DNA from: Promethearchaeota archaeon
GTDB lineage: Archaea > Asgardarchaeota > Lokiarchaeia > Sigyniarchaeales > SOKP01
Assembly: GCA_019058365.1 (NCBI GenBank)
Contig: JAHPZE010000001.1
Span: 320,001-384,000, forward strand
Direction: 5' to 3'
Length of the DNA stretch: 64,000 nt
Shown here: positions 31,741-41,451 of the stretch, in pieces
Numbering within the stretch: position 1 is the stretch's first letter
Layout: every line of letters begins with the position of its first letter
Program-made: the position numbers and the translations under genes
The notes under the pieces: generated by a model
Told to the model about the DNA's origin: nothing
The model's input: only the letters and a program-made list of their open reading frames with translations
The model's database searches: none

Positions 31741-32991
31741 TTAAAAAAGCATCAACAACTTTCCAATGAAACTTGCTAGATCAATTACTTCGATTTTATT
31801 TCTTAATTCATTATATTCTTTATTTAAAGAAAGCTCATTTATATAACAATTAAAATGTGTTAGGCATTTAGGGCACGGAACTATTAAGTAATCTGCATTA
31901 GTAGTAATAGCTTCATTAATACGATTTCTTCTTAAAATATGTGTATATTCATTGCAATTTGAAAATGCTGAAACGCCACAACAGTTAGCATCATCTTCAA
32001 TATTTTCCATTTCAATTAACTCTACTCCTGGAAGTTGTTTAATTAATTCTCTTGGAACATTATATAACTTATCCGCTAACCGCCCCATCCGACAAGAGTC
32101 ATGATATGTCACCTTGATGTCAGAAATAGAAGGGAATCTTACATTTTTGAGAATTTTTTCTTCAAGAAAGAATTCAGAAAAATGCTTCACTTTAAAATCA
32201 AAATTGTCTATTATTTTTGGATAATCAAATTTCCAAGTTCTATATCCTTCAGCACATCCAACAATAACAGTTTTTACACCAGCGTTTCTATAAAGCTGAG
32301 TGTTATATTCGGCAAACGTTTTAAAAGTTTCAATATCTCCTTTACCCCATAGAACGTCATGTCCACAGCATTTTTCATTTAAAACTACTGGCACAATATC
32401 GGCTTCATTAAGTAAACTTATTATTGTAATAGGTATATTAGTATATTTCAAATTTAAATTATAAAATACTTCTTCCATTAAAGGTAAACACCCAATAAAG
32501 TAAGCAATCTCTCCAGATTCCGTTGTTTTCAAACCTTCCTCCTTTAAAAATTCTAATTTATTTGGGTTCATCAGATTATCTGCCATTATTCTCCAGATTA
32601 GTGGAAAAATTTGATTATGTGTTTCACACTGACTAATTCTATTCATTTGGAGTGGATTATTTCTAGAAATCTTTCTCAATTCTAAAATTAGTTTAGGTAT
32701 ATTTATGCCGTCATTTTCTTGACTCATTGGACAATAAATTGTACATTGCCCACAAGTAAGACAATTCCATATGTTATGTTTTTTTACAACTTCTTCCACC
32801 GAAGAAAAAATTAAATCCCCTACTAATTTTCGTGGAAAAAACAAGTTTAAGTGCGAAAGTGGACACACATTTACACATCGATTGCAAGCATAACAAAAAT
32901 TTGACGTTGCAATGACATTTTTGATGCTTTCGCCTAAAATTTGGCAGTCTGAATTATCAGTTTCAATTTCATGATTAAGATAAGATGACAT
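31741..32991 (-). CDS. HdrD/GlpC-like Fe-S oxidoreductase (4Fe-4S dicluster + two CCG domains)
   Basis: CYACNRC..CP, CLTCGQC..CP, EKCCGH, YHDSC, NCCG and PCPKC. Confidence 0.88.
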   Translation of the reverse strand: MSSYLNHEIETDNSDCQILGESIKNVIATSNFCYACNRCVNVCPLSHLNLFFPRKLVGDLIFSSVEEVVKKHNIWNCLTCGQCTIYCPMSQENDGINIPKLILELRKISRNNPLQMNRISQCETHNQIFPLIWRIMADNLMNPNKLEFLKEEGLKTTESGEIAYFIGCLPLMEEVFYNLNLKYTNIPITIISLLNEADIVPVVLNEKCCGHDVLWGKGDIETFKTFAEYNTQLYRNAGVKTVIVGCAEGYRTWKFDYPKIIDNFDFKVKHFSEFFLEEKILKNVRFPSISDIKVTYHDSCRMGRLADKLYNVPRELIKQLPGVELIEMENIEDDANCCGVSAFSNCNEYTHILRRNRINEAITTNADYLIVPCPKCLTHFNCYINELSLNKEYNELRNKIEVIDLASFIGKLLMLF

Positions 32992-32997
32992 CGAAAA

Positions 32998-33129
32998 TTA
33001 TTCCTCGATATACCATTCAAAATACCCGCATTTAGAACATACATATGTTCTAACATTAGGCGCAGTACGTCTGTATACATAATCATTATTTTCCAACATT
33101 GCCCCACATTTATTACAAAATTCTTTCAT
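32998..33129 (-). CDS. Small zinc-ribbon protein (43 aa, not in the ORF track)
   Basis: MKEFCNKCGAMLENNDYVYRRTAPNVRTYVCSKCGYFEWYIEE; two CxxCG motifs; ends 6 nt before the HdrD-like start. Confidence 0.75.
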   Translation of the reverse strand: MKEFCNKCGAMLENNDYVYRRTAPNVRTYVCSKCGYFEWYIEE

Positions 33130-33952
33130 TTCTCTTTTTTCTACTAAAATGCGTATATCACCTTTTTTTTTAAACAGGATTAATTAAATAATTTTAAAAA
33201 TTTCGTTTCCTCTTAATTTTTATAAATTTTCAAAATGATCTATCTCTAAGATGAAAAAGGTAATCCACATATAAAAATCCTTGCACTGAATTTTTCTCTT
33301 CTAGCATTTCATTGATTGAATATAATATCTCTATGTTAGAGATCTAATCATTTTGATTTCTTTAATAAGAGAATTATTTAATTATAGGAAAAATAATGAT
33401 AAAATTAGATAATTATATTTTTGATTTATAAATATTAATTAACATTATTATAGATAAATATAAAATATTTAGGAAAATTTACAGATTTGTTATATTTTAC
33501 ATTACAGATTTGTCTATATATGCTGATAAAAAATTATAAATTTATCGTAATGAATCGACTTTTTGAGTAAAAAATACCATGTAAGTTGAAATTAACCATT
33601 CTATTCTTGATACTTAAAATCAAAAAACAGTTGAAATGTTGAAATTATTTATTTGTCAAAAAATTTGACAATTTTTATTTTCAATTTAAATTTAGAAAAA
33701 AGGGTTATTTTAGGAAAAAGTCAAAATAGTCAATATTTCTAATGAAAATAAAAATTATAGAAAATAAGTTTTGAAAAATAAATTTGTCAAAATGATAAAA
33801 ATTTTTCTTATCAAACTATTTAAATTCTAATCAGATTATTATATAATTAGAATTAGTCTCATGCCTCAGAAAGATGGAATGGGTTCATCTTAAGAGGTTA
33901 TGATAGTTATATTAAGAACTATTAATAAAAAAGAAAAAAGAAGGGAATTAAA

Positions 33953-34582
33953 ATGGAAGTATTAGAATTAAAACCAATAAACAACAAAAAAATTACTATA
34001 TATTTAATAGATAAAATGAGAATTAACCCTGAACTTAATGATATTGATCTATTAAAGGATTTGATAAATATTAATGATGTTTCTTTTATTACAGTTGAAA
34101 TAAATAATGAAAACTTTAGAGAGTTTAAAAATTCCAATCTTTCAATTATAATAGGTGCTCTAAACTTAGAATATCACTTATTAGATATACCTGAATATGC
34201 GTATGGATATCTTTTTGAAGAGATAAACAAGAAAGAAGAGCAAATTAGAGAGTTATTAACAGAATATAAAAATATGGATGATAAAAACTCTCTTAAAGGG
34301 CTAAATTTAAAATCTTGGATTGATGTTCTTCAAAAGGAAATCAATCATGATAAAAGCATTCTAGAAACAAAAACAAGACCACAATGGATTGTTAAAAAAA
34401 TTTTGGATTTAGTAAGATTACATCAACATGAAGAATTATGTGTTATTCATTTTTTCCATGAAAGAACTTTAGCAGAATTAACTAAACAATTGAGAGAACT
34501 TCATATAGAAGCAATTGTTTATGAATTGAATAATTTTCACAATATCCCATATATAATTATAAAACAAGAGGGGAATAATTAA
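33953..34582 (+). CDS. Hypothetical protein, paralog of the N-terminal domain of the downstream Mtd fusion
   Basis: Shares the MEVLELKP start, L/VDIPE/SE.A.xYL, coiled coil and W..R..W pattern with the next ORF; TAATG coupling. Confidence 0.75.
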   Translation: MEVLELKPINNKKITIYLIDKMRINPELNDIDLLKDLININDVSFITVEINNENFREFKNSNLSIIIGALNLEYHLLDIPEYAYGYLFEEINKKEEQIRELLTEYKNMDDKNSLKGLNLKSWIDVLQKEINHDKSILETKTRPQWIVKKILDLVRLHQHEELCVIHFFHERTLAELTKQLRELHIEAIVYELNNFHNIPYIIIKQEGNN

Positions 34583-36261
34583 TGGAAGTTTTAGAATTAA
34601 AACCTTTAAAAAAACAAAGTTTAAAATTGGTATTAATAGAAAGTGAGTTTCCAATAGATTGGTGGTTTGAACCCACAGCACAGAAAAAGCATGATTTAGT
34701 ATGGAATTTGCACCTAATTTCCAGGGAATATCTTAATCTGATTGAAAATCTTATAGTTAAATATGACCCTGATTTCGCAATCGAAGAAAAAGGAAGTCGG
34801 TGGGAAGATACAATATCTAACGAAGATCCATTAGAAAAGCTATTTAGAGAAAATAACGTCCCATATAAAATGGTAGATATTTCAGAAAACGCAGAAAATT
34901 ATCTTTCCTCGAATTTAGAGGACCAAAGAGCGCTTATAAAACAATTAATAAAATCAATTGAAGATACTAAAAAGAATAATGAGAAAAAAATTTTAAAAGA
35001 TGAATTTGAATTTCAACGGATGATTTTATGGAAGGAATATTTACAGCAAGAATATAATTTTCAAGAAAATGAGATAAGATATAATGTTCGGGAAGCTTGG
35101 ATGATGATGGGAATTCTAAAATTTGCGAAAAAGATGATAGAAAAAAAGCTAATAGCATTCTTTATCTGTGATTCAAGACACTTTGAAGGAATAAGAAAAT
35201 TAACAGAAGAATTAGGCATCGAAACGGAAGAAATTAAAATTAAAAGGTCTGCAAAAATAATAAATAATCCTGGTTCTAATTCAATCAAAAATATAATTGG
35301 AAAAAGTATACTCGAATTATCTCCGATTAAAGTCAAAAAGAAAGAGTCGTTAGAAAAGATATGTTATTTTTTTGATACCGATGATAATGCTTCTCCTTTC
35401 GATATAAATATGGCTTATGACGCAAGTTTTGATGTAGTTATACCTATTAGCAAGATGACTGCTGATCAAGTACCAAAACTCGTACAAGATGCTATTTTTT
35501 CCCGTAAACCAAAAGCACCTACAACTTTCTTTATCGGTGGCTCAAATGTAAAAGAAGGTGAAAAAATTGCTAAAAAAGTTATTGAATCTTTAGTACCCCC
35601 ATTTGAATGCCCCGTGATAATAGATCCTCGTGGTTCACACACCACAGCTTCTTCTGTAGTTGCGAAAACAATGGAATTTGCTAGAGAACATGATTTATAT
35701 GATTTAAAAGGTAAAAAAGTGGTTGTTTTAGGAGCAGGTCCAGTTGGAAGAATTGCAGCTATTATTGCGGCAAAATTAAATTGTAAAACGTATTTAGTAG
35801 AAACTTGGGAAAAATCGAATGAAGAATTTATAAAACGACTAGTTAAAGAATTAAACGAAGAAGTTGGAGAAAATGAAATTATTGGTGTTTTTGCACCTAA
35901 TGATGAAAAGAAATTAGAAATAGTAAAGAGTGCAGATATTATATGGTCCTTAGCAGCAGTGGGAGTTCAAGTATTATCAAAAGAACTCATGAGCAAATTG
36001 ACAAATAAAATTGTATTAGATATAAATTTAGTACCTCCTTATGGAATTGAGGGATTAAAACCTAAAGATAATAATAAAGAACTTTATCCAACTATAAATG
36101 GAACGGGAGCATTAGCCGTTGGAAGGCTTAAGTCAGAAGTTGAGGCCTCAATTTTAAAAGAAGCAGCAATTACTAAGGGGAAAAGAATTTTTGATTATAA
36201 TGAAGCATTTGAAAAGGCTAAAAATATACTATTTGGAAGGGAAATAAAAATTTCTCATTAA
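34582..36261 (+). CDS. Unknown N-terminal domain fused to NAD(P)-dependent methylene-H4MPT dehydrogenase (MtdA/MtdB type)
   Basis: C-half: SPFDINMAYDA, LVQDAIFSR, FIGG, DPRGSHTTA, GAGPVG, DINLVPPYGIEG and GALAVG.LK. Confidence 0.8.
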   Translation: MEVLELKPLKKQSLKLVLIESEFPIDWWFEPTAQKKHDLVWNLHLISREYLNLIENLIVKYDPDFAIEEKGSRWEDTISNEDPLEKLFRENNVPYKMVDISENAENYLSSNLEDQRALIKQLIKSIEDTKKNNEKKILKDEFEFQRMILWKEYLQQEYNFQENEIRYNVREAWMMMGILKFAKKMIEKKLIAFFICDSRHFEGIRKLTEELGIETEEIKIKRSAKIINNPGSNSIKNIIGKSILELSPIKVKKKESLEKICYFFDTDDNASPFDINMAYDASFDVVIPISKMTADQVPKLVQDAIFSRKPKAPTTFFIGGSNVKEGEKIAKKVIESLVPPFECPVIIDPRGSHTTASSVVAKTMEFAREHDLYDLKGKKVVVLGAGPVGRIAAIIAAKLNCKTYLVETWEKSNEEFIKRLVKELNEEVGENEIIGVFAPNDEKKLEIVKSADIIWSLAAVGVQVLSKELMSKLTNKIVLDINLVPPYGIEGLKPKDNNKELYPTINGTGALAVGRLKSEVEASILKEAAITKGKRIFDYNEAFEKAKNILFGREIKISH

Positions 36262-36497
36262 TTTTTTTTTTATCTTAAATCTTAAGATTTTGGCAATTAT
36301 TTTTTATTTCTACTATTATAAAATGCTTAGTTGAATAGATTTCACTTCTATTAGAATCCTTCGAATACTCTTCGTTTTATTATATATATGATAGGGTTTC
36401 ATTCGACATATTTATAAATGTTAAATGACATATTTAAAATGAAGAGATATCTTCTATTGAATTTAAAAGAAAAACTCAAAACTGAATTTTATTCGAA

Positions 36498-37853
36498 ATG
36501 TTAGAAAATAAAAAAAAAGAACAGATGAAATTCATTTATCCAGAAACTTTAATTTCTCCAGATGAAATTGAAATTTATGGAAAGGAAGAGAAAGAATTAA
36601 TCCCAGAAACAAATCCATTCGAAATGGCAAAGAAACAAATTGATATTGTTGCCAAAGAGATGTGTTTAAATGATAATATAAAAAAATTCCTTAAAAGGGT
36701 AGAGCGTTCCTTAATTGTATCGATTCCAATCAAAATGGATGATGGAGATCTTGAGATATTCGAGGGATATAGGGTACAACATTCAACCCTTCGTGGTCCT
36801 GGTAAAGGAGGTATTAGATTTGCTCCAAATGTTAATCTTGATGAAGTTAAAGCATTAGCTACTTGGATGACTTGGAAATGTAGCCTATTATGTTTACCTC
36901 TGGGGGGAGCAAAAGGAGGTATATGTGTTGATCCCAAGAAATTATCAAAAAACGAGTTAGAAAGATTAACTCGGAGATATACAACAGAAATAATAAATGT
37001 TATAGGTCCAGATATAGATATTCCTGCTCCAGATGTAAATACTGACCCTCAAATCATGGCTTGGATTATGGATACTTATTCTATGCATAAAGGGAGGGCT
37101 ATTCCTGGAGTTGTAACAGGGAAACCAATAGAAATAGGGGGTTCAGTAGGGAGAGAAACTGCTACTGGAATGGGGTTATTTTTTGTACTCGAAGCGTTAT
37201 GTACTAAAATGAATATAGATCTAAAAACCCAGAGTATTGTTGTACAGGGATTTGGTAATGTTGGGGGAAATATTGCTCAAATTTTATATGATAAAGGCTG
37301 CAAAATAATTGCTGTGTCAGATATAAGTGGAGGTTTATACTCAAATAGAGGATTAAATATTAAAGAATTATTAGAGTGGAGAGATGGGAAAAATTACTTA
37401 AAGGATTTTCAGAATAAAGATTATAATTATATCAGTAATGAGGATATGCTAATGTTAAGATGTGATATTCTAATTCCCGCAGCAATGGAAAACCAAATAA
37501 CGAAAGTAAATGCTAATAATTTAAAATGTAAAGTTGTATTAGAAGGTGCTAATGGCCCAACTACTCCAGAAGCAGACGATATTTTGAAAAAAAAAGGAAT
37601 AATAGTAGTGCCTGATATTCTTGCTAATGCTGGAGGTGTATGTGTCTCTTATTTTGAATATATTCAAGATATTCATAGCTATTTTTGGAAATTAGAAAGA
37701 ATTAATCATGAATTAAAGAATATCCTTGTTAATACATTTGAGAATGTTTACATATTATCAAAAGAAAAGAATGTTACCTTACGAATAGCCTCTTATATGA
37801 TTGCTATTGCAAGATTAGCTAAAGCAATTGAACTGAGAGGAATTTTCCCTTAG
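36498..37853 (+). CDS. gdhA: Glutamate dehydrogenase (Glu/Leu/Phe/Val family)
   Basis: GYRVQH, GPGKGGIRF, GGAKGG, DIPAPDV, VTGKP, QGFGNVG, EGANGP and PDILANAGGV. Confidence 0.93.
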   Translation: MLENKKKEQMKFIYPETLISPDEIEIYGKEEKELIPETNPFEMAKKQIDIVAKEMCLNDNIKKFLKRVERSLIVSIPIKMDDGDLEIFEGYRVQHSTLRGPGKGGIRFAPNVNLDEVKALATWMTWKCSLLCLPLGGAKGGICVDPKKLSKNELERLTRRYTTEIINVIGPDIDIPAPDVNTDPQIMAWIMDTYSMHKGRAIPGVVTGKPIEIGGSVGRETATGMGLFFVLEALCTKMNIDLKTQSIVVQGFGNVGGNIAQILYDKGCKIIAVSDISGGLYSNRGLNIKELLEWRDGKNYLKDFQNKDYNYISNEDMLMLRCDILIPAAMENQITKVNANNLKCKVVLEGANGPTTPEADDILKKKGIIVVPDILANAGGVCVSYFEYIQDIHSYFWKLERINHELKNILVNTFENVYILSKEKNVTLRIASYMIAIARLAKAIELRGIFP

Positions 37854-38749
37854 GCTTTATTTTTTTTTTCTATATTAAAATTTATTTTATGAGTCATTTT
37901 AAAAATATCTATAAAACTTGAAACATGCATTGGTAATTGTATTCCATTCATAGTTTTAATTTCTTCATTAACAAATCTCCAAAGATTTTTCTCATTTATA
38001 GCAATAATTTTTACTAATAAATTATGATCCCCGGTTGAAGAGGCAACTAATTGAATCTCCTCATAACTGGCTAACTTTTTTGCGACATCATCCAATTTCA
38101 GTGGATCAACAGAGAGACCAAGAATGGCTATAGATTCATATCCAACTTTAAATGGATCTACAAGTGTATCGAATTTTCTTATTATACCCTCTTTTATCAT
38201 ATTTTGCACTCGATTATGTATAGTACTAGCAGCTAGATCTACTTTTTTACTTAAATCTTTATAAGAGATTCTATAATTTTCCTGTAAAGAATTAAGAATT
38301 TCTTTATCTTTTTCATCGAATTGCATTTTTAGAGCTTTTTCTCTAGTCTTTTCACTTTCAATTCTGTGTCTTTCAATAGCATAGATTATTGATCGTATTA
38401 AACTTGGTCCATTAAGCTCACCTTTCACTAAATAATCTTGAGCTCCTTTTTGAAGAGATTGTAATGCAAAATCCTTATCATCTAACCCTGTTAAAACAAT
38501 TATAGGAATCTTATCAGTTACACTCAAGACTTTTTCTAAAGTGGATTCTCTATCACTATCTGGTAAAGTTAAATCTAATAAAATAATATCAAATTGTTTA
38601 GTTTTTAGATTATTTAAACTGTCAGAAAGCCGAGGATGTGATTCTAAATTAAACTTGAAGTCCGCAGACTTTTTTAATAATTCTTCAATAAGACGTACAT
38701 CAACAGAATTATCTTCAATTAGTAGTATATCAAGTTTCTTATTCTCTAT
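37850..38749 (-). CDS. Response regulator: receiver domain fused to Lrp/AsnC HTH and RAM domain (probable ATA start at 38749)
   Basis: Upstream frame gives ILLIEDN...ILLDLTLPD; then IIVLTG..DYLVKG; then DEKDKEIL..ISYKDLS..AASTIHNRV. Confidence 0.85.
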   Translation of the reverse strand: MENKKLDILLIEDNSVDVRLIEELLKKSADFKFNLESHPRLSDSLNNLKTKQFDIILLDLTLPDSDRESTLEKVLSVTDKIPIIVLTGLDDKDFALQSLQKGAQDYLVKGELNGPSLIRSIIYAIERHRIESEKTREKALKMQFDEKDKEILNSLQENYRISYKDLSKKVDLAASTIHNRVQNMIKEGIIRKFDTLVDPFKVGYESIAILGLSVDPLKLDDVAKKLASYEEIQLVASSTGDHNLLVKIIAINEKNLWRFVNEEIKTMNGIQLPMHVSSFIDIFKMTHKINFNIEKKNKA

Positions 38750-39114
38750 AATTATTCACCCATTTTTTTTTTTGTAAATTATATTAAAATTAAAATCTTT
38801 TTCAATTCTTTTTTCGTCATTCTGAATAATATTCAATTTAATATAAATAATTATTATATTTATAAACCGAACAGGGTAATATAAGTTATAAAATTTTTAA
38901 GGTTACAATGCAATTTATAATTATTTCTATAAATTTTAAACTGAAATCTCATATTCTGTACTAAAAATTATGCTATTTTTATTCGATAAAATTTATTTTG
39001 TTTTGGACAATATTCTAATTAAATAAGAATTTTTCTTAGGATCTTAAAATTTATGATTTTCTATGAATCTTTTTAAAAAACTCAAATTAGCAAATATATA
39101 ATAAAAGATGGGAG

Positions 39115-40182
39115 ATGATTGTAATGAATTTGAAGTTTAAAGAACAGAAAATGAGATTTTTGATTATTTTAATTTTAGTTATTGTTTCATGTTTATTAAT
39201 TTATTATTTCGAGGTAATTCTTAACACATCTATCTTGGTTGCGCATTTTTTTTACTTTCCTTCAATTTTAGCATGTTTATGGTGGAAAAGAAAAGGATTA
39301 ATCATCCCCACATTTTTAGCGACAATATTAATCATTATTCATCTCATTCTGGATGATAATCTTTTTATTTTAGACACTATTAATAACTTTGTAAGAGGAA
39401 TCTCCTTAATAATTGTGGGAATAGTGGTATCATTCCTATCTGAGCATATTTCTAGAAGAGAAATTGAATTCAATAAAATTACGGAGGATCTAAAGCGATC
39501 TAATGAAGATTTACAACAATTTGCTTATGTAGCATCTCATGACTTACAAGAACCTTTACGAGCAATTGTAAGCTTTTCTCAACTTTTAGAAGATAAATAT
39601 AGAGAAAAAATAGATAAGGATGGTAAAGAATTTATACATTTTATTACGGACGGCGCAAAAAAAATGAATACTCTTATAAAAGACTTATTATCATATTCAA
39701 GAATCACAACCCACGCTAAGCCTTCTAAATTAACTAACCTTGAAAATATTCTAAAAGATGCTTTATTTAATCTGCAAGAATCCATAAAAGAAAGTGATGC
39801 CGTTATAACTTATGATAAAATGCCAACATTGAAAGTGGAGAAAACTCAATTTACACAATTATTTCAGAATTTACTTAGCAATGCTATAAAATTCCGAAGA
39901 CAAGAACCGCCTAGAATACATGTTGGGGTAAAGAAGGTCAATGATGAATGGTTATTCTCTGTAAAAGATAATGGTATAGGAATTGAGTCAAAATTTTTTG
40001 ATAAGCTTTTTAATATTTTTTACCGGTTACATACTAAAGAAGAATATCCCGGTACAGGAATAGGATTACCCATATGCAAGAAGATAGTTCAACGATATGG
40101 AGGAAAAATATGGGTAGAATCAAAAATAGGTAAAGGATCAACCTTCTTTTTTACGATTTTTCCAAAAAAAAATAAACAATAA
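39115..40182 (+). CDS. Membrane sensor histidine kinase (SHDLQEPLR class)
   Basis: TM sensor, FAYVASHDLQEPLR, QNLLSNAIKF, DNGIG and GTGIGL. Confidence 0.92.
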   Translation: MIVMNLKFKEQKMRFLIILILVIVSCLLIYYFEVILNTSILVAHFFYFPSILACLWWKRKGLIIPTFLATILIIIHLILDDNLFILDTINNFVRGISLIIVGIVVSFLSEHISRREIEFNKITEDLKRSNEDLQQFAYVASHDLQEPLRAIVSFSQLLEDKYREKIDKDGKEFIHFITDGAKKMNTLIKDLLSYSRITTHAKPSKLTNLENILKDALFNLQESIKESDAVITYDKMPTLKVEKTQFTQLFQNLLSNAIKFRRQEPPRIHVGVKKVNDEWLFSVKDNGIGIESKFFDKLFNIFYRLHTKEEYPGTGIGLPICKKIVQRYGGKIWVESKIGKGSTFFFTIFPKKNKQ

Positions 40183-40194
40183 TTATAGATAATA

Positions 40195-40641
40195 ATGAAT
40201 GAATATAAAAAAATTAAGGCTAAAATCTTACTCGTAGAAGATAATGCCGCAGATATTCGCCTTACGAAAGAAGTCCTTCAAGAAAGGAAAATGGTTAGTA
40301 GCTTAGATGTTGTTCGGGATGGCGTTGAAGTAATAGATTTTCTAAAGAAAAAAGGGAAATATTCTAATGCTAATACCCCTAATTTAATTCTTTTAGATTT
40401 GAATTTGCCAAAGAGAAATGGATTTGAGGTATTAGAAGAAATCAAGCGAGATGAAGAATTAAAGCGAATTCCCGTGGTAATTTTAACTGTATCTGACGCA
40501 AATGAAGATTTAGTAAAAGCTTATAATCTCCATGCTAATTGTTACGTAATTAAACCTTTAGAAATGAAGGAATTCTCTAGAATTATTAATTCAATAGTGA
40601 TTTTTTGGTTTAGAATTGTAAAGCATATTCAGGTAGAATAA
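40195..40641 (+). CDS. Stand-alone response regulator (Rcp1-like receiver)
   Basis: ILLVEDN, LLDLNLP, IPVVILT and ANCYVIKP. Confidence 0.92.
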   Translation: MNEYKKIKAKILLVEDNAADIRLTKEVLQERKMVSSLDVVRDGVEVIDFLKKKGKYSNANTPNLILLDLNLPKRNGFEVLEEIKRDEELKRIPVVILTVSDANEDLVKAYNLHANCYVIKPLEMKEFSRIINSIVIFWFRIVKHIQVE

Positions 40642-40692
40642 ATTTAAAGTAAAAATAGAATTATATTTATTTTTACTTATATTAAATATCGT

Positions 40693-41286
40693 TTACACGA
40701 TTTTTACTGCTTGTGTTGACTTATATATATCTAAAAAGTTGGATACATGAATTTGAGGTTTTATTCCACTTAGTGTCTTTATTTTTATATTTATAAAGTT
40801 CCAGAGTGATTTTTCATCTTTAGCAATTATCTGAGCTACAATATCGTGATCTCCTGATGAAATTGCTACAAGTTGAGTCTCATCATAGGATGCAATCTTT
40901 TCAGCAATTTCACTCATTTTAAGTGGGTCAACTGAAAGGCCTACCAATGCTATAGTGTTGTAACCAATTTTCCCTGGATCTACTATAGCACCAAATTGTT
41001 TTATTATTTCATCCTCAATCATCTTTGTTACTCTATTATGAATTGTACTTGCAGCCATTTTCAACTTTTCCGCTAATTCGCGATATGAAATTTTATCATT
41101 TTCTTGTAAAATATTTAGAATCTTTTTATCTGTAGCATCTATACAAAGACAATTCCAAGGACGATTTTCACGATCATCATTAAAAATGACTCCGTGTTCT
41201 ATTGAACCTCCTTCACAACAGTGATATATTTTTCTTCCTAATGAGTATTCTTCTCCACATTTAGGACATATTACCATTATCATCAA
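40693..41286 (-). CDS. Lrp/AsnC transcriptional regulator with N-terminal Cys-rich extension
   Basis: CPKC..HCC..CLC followed by DATDKKIL..ISYRELA..AASTIHNRV and RAM domain. Confidence 0.85.
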   Translation of the reverse strand: MMIMVICPKCGEEYSLGRKIYHCCEGGSIEHGVIFNDDRENRPWNCLCIDATDKKILNILQENDKISYRELAEKLKMAASTIHNRVTKMIEDEIIKQFGAIVDPGKIGYNTIALVGLSVDPLKMSEIAEKIASYDETQLVAISSGDHDIVAQIIAKDEKSLWNFINIKIKTLSGIKPQIHVSNFLDIYKSTQAVKIV

Positions 41287-41451
41287 CTCATTTATATTGT
41301 TTGATTGTTAGAATATTATTTTTTATATAATCTGAATAAAATTCATTATAATTATTTTGTTTATTTTTTATTATTCTAGTTTTTCTAATATAATATATAT
41401 AGAATAATATATTTAAACATATCGAAAATGGTTCGATTATTGTCACATTGA

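Noticed and set aside
33859-33905. Fluoride riboswitch or archaeal-type SECIS
   Set aside because: Only superficial resemblance; no pseudoknot consensus, and no linked fluoride gene or UGA-containing ORF
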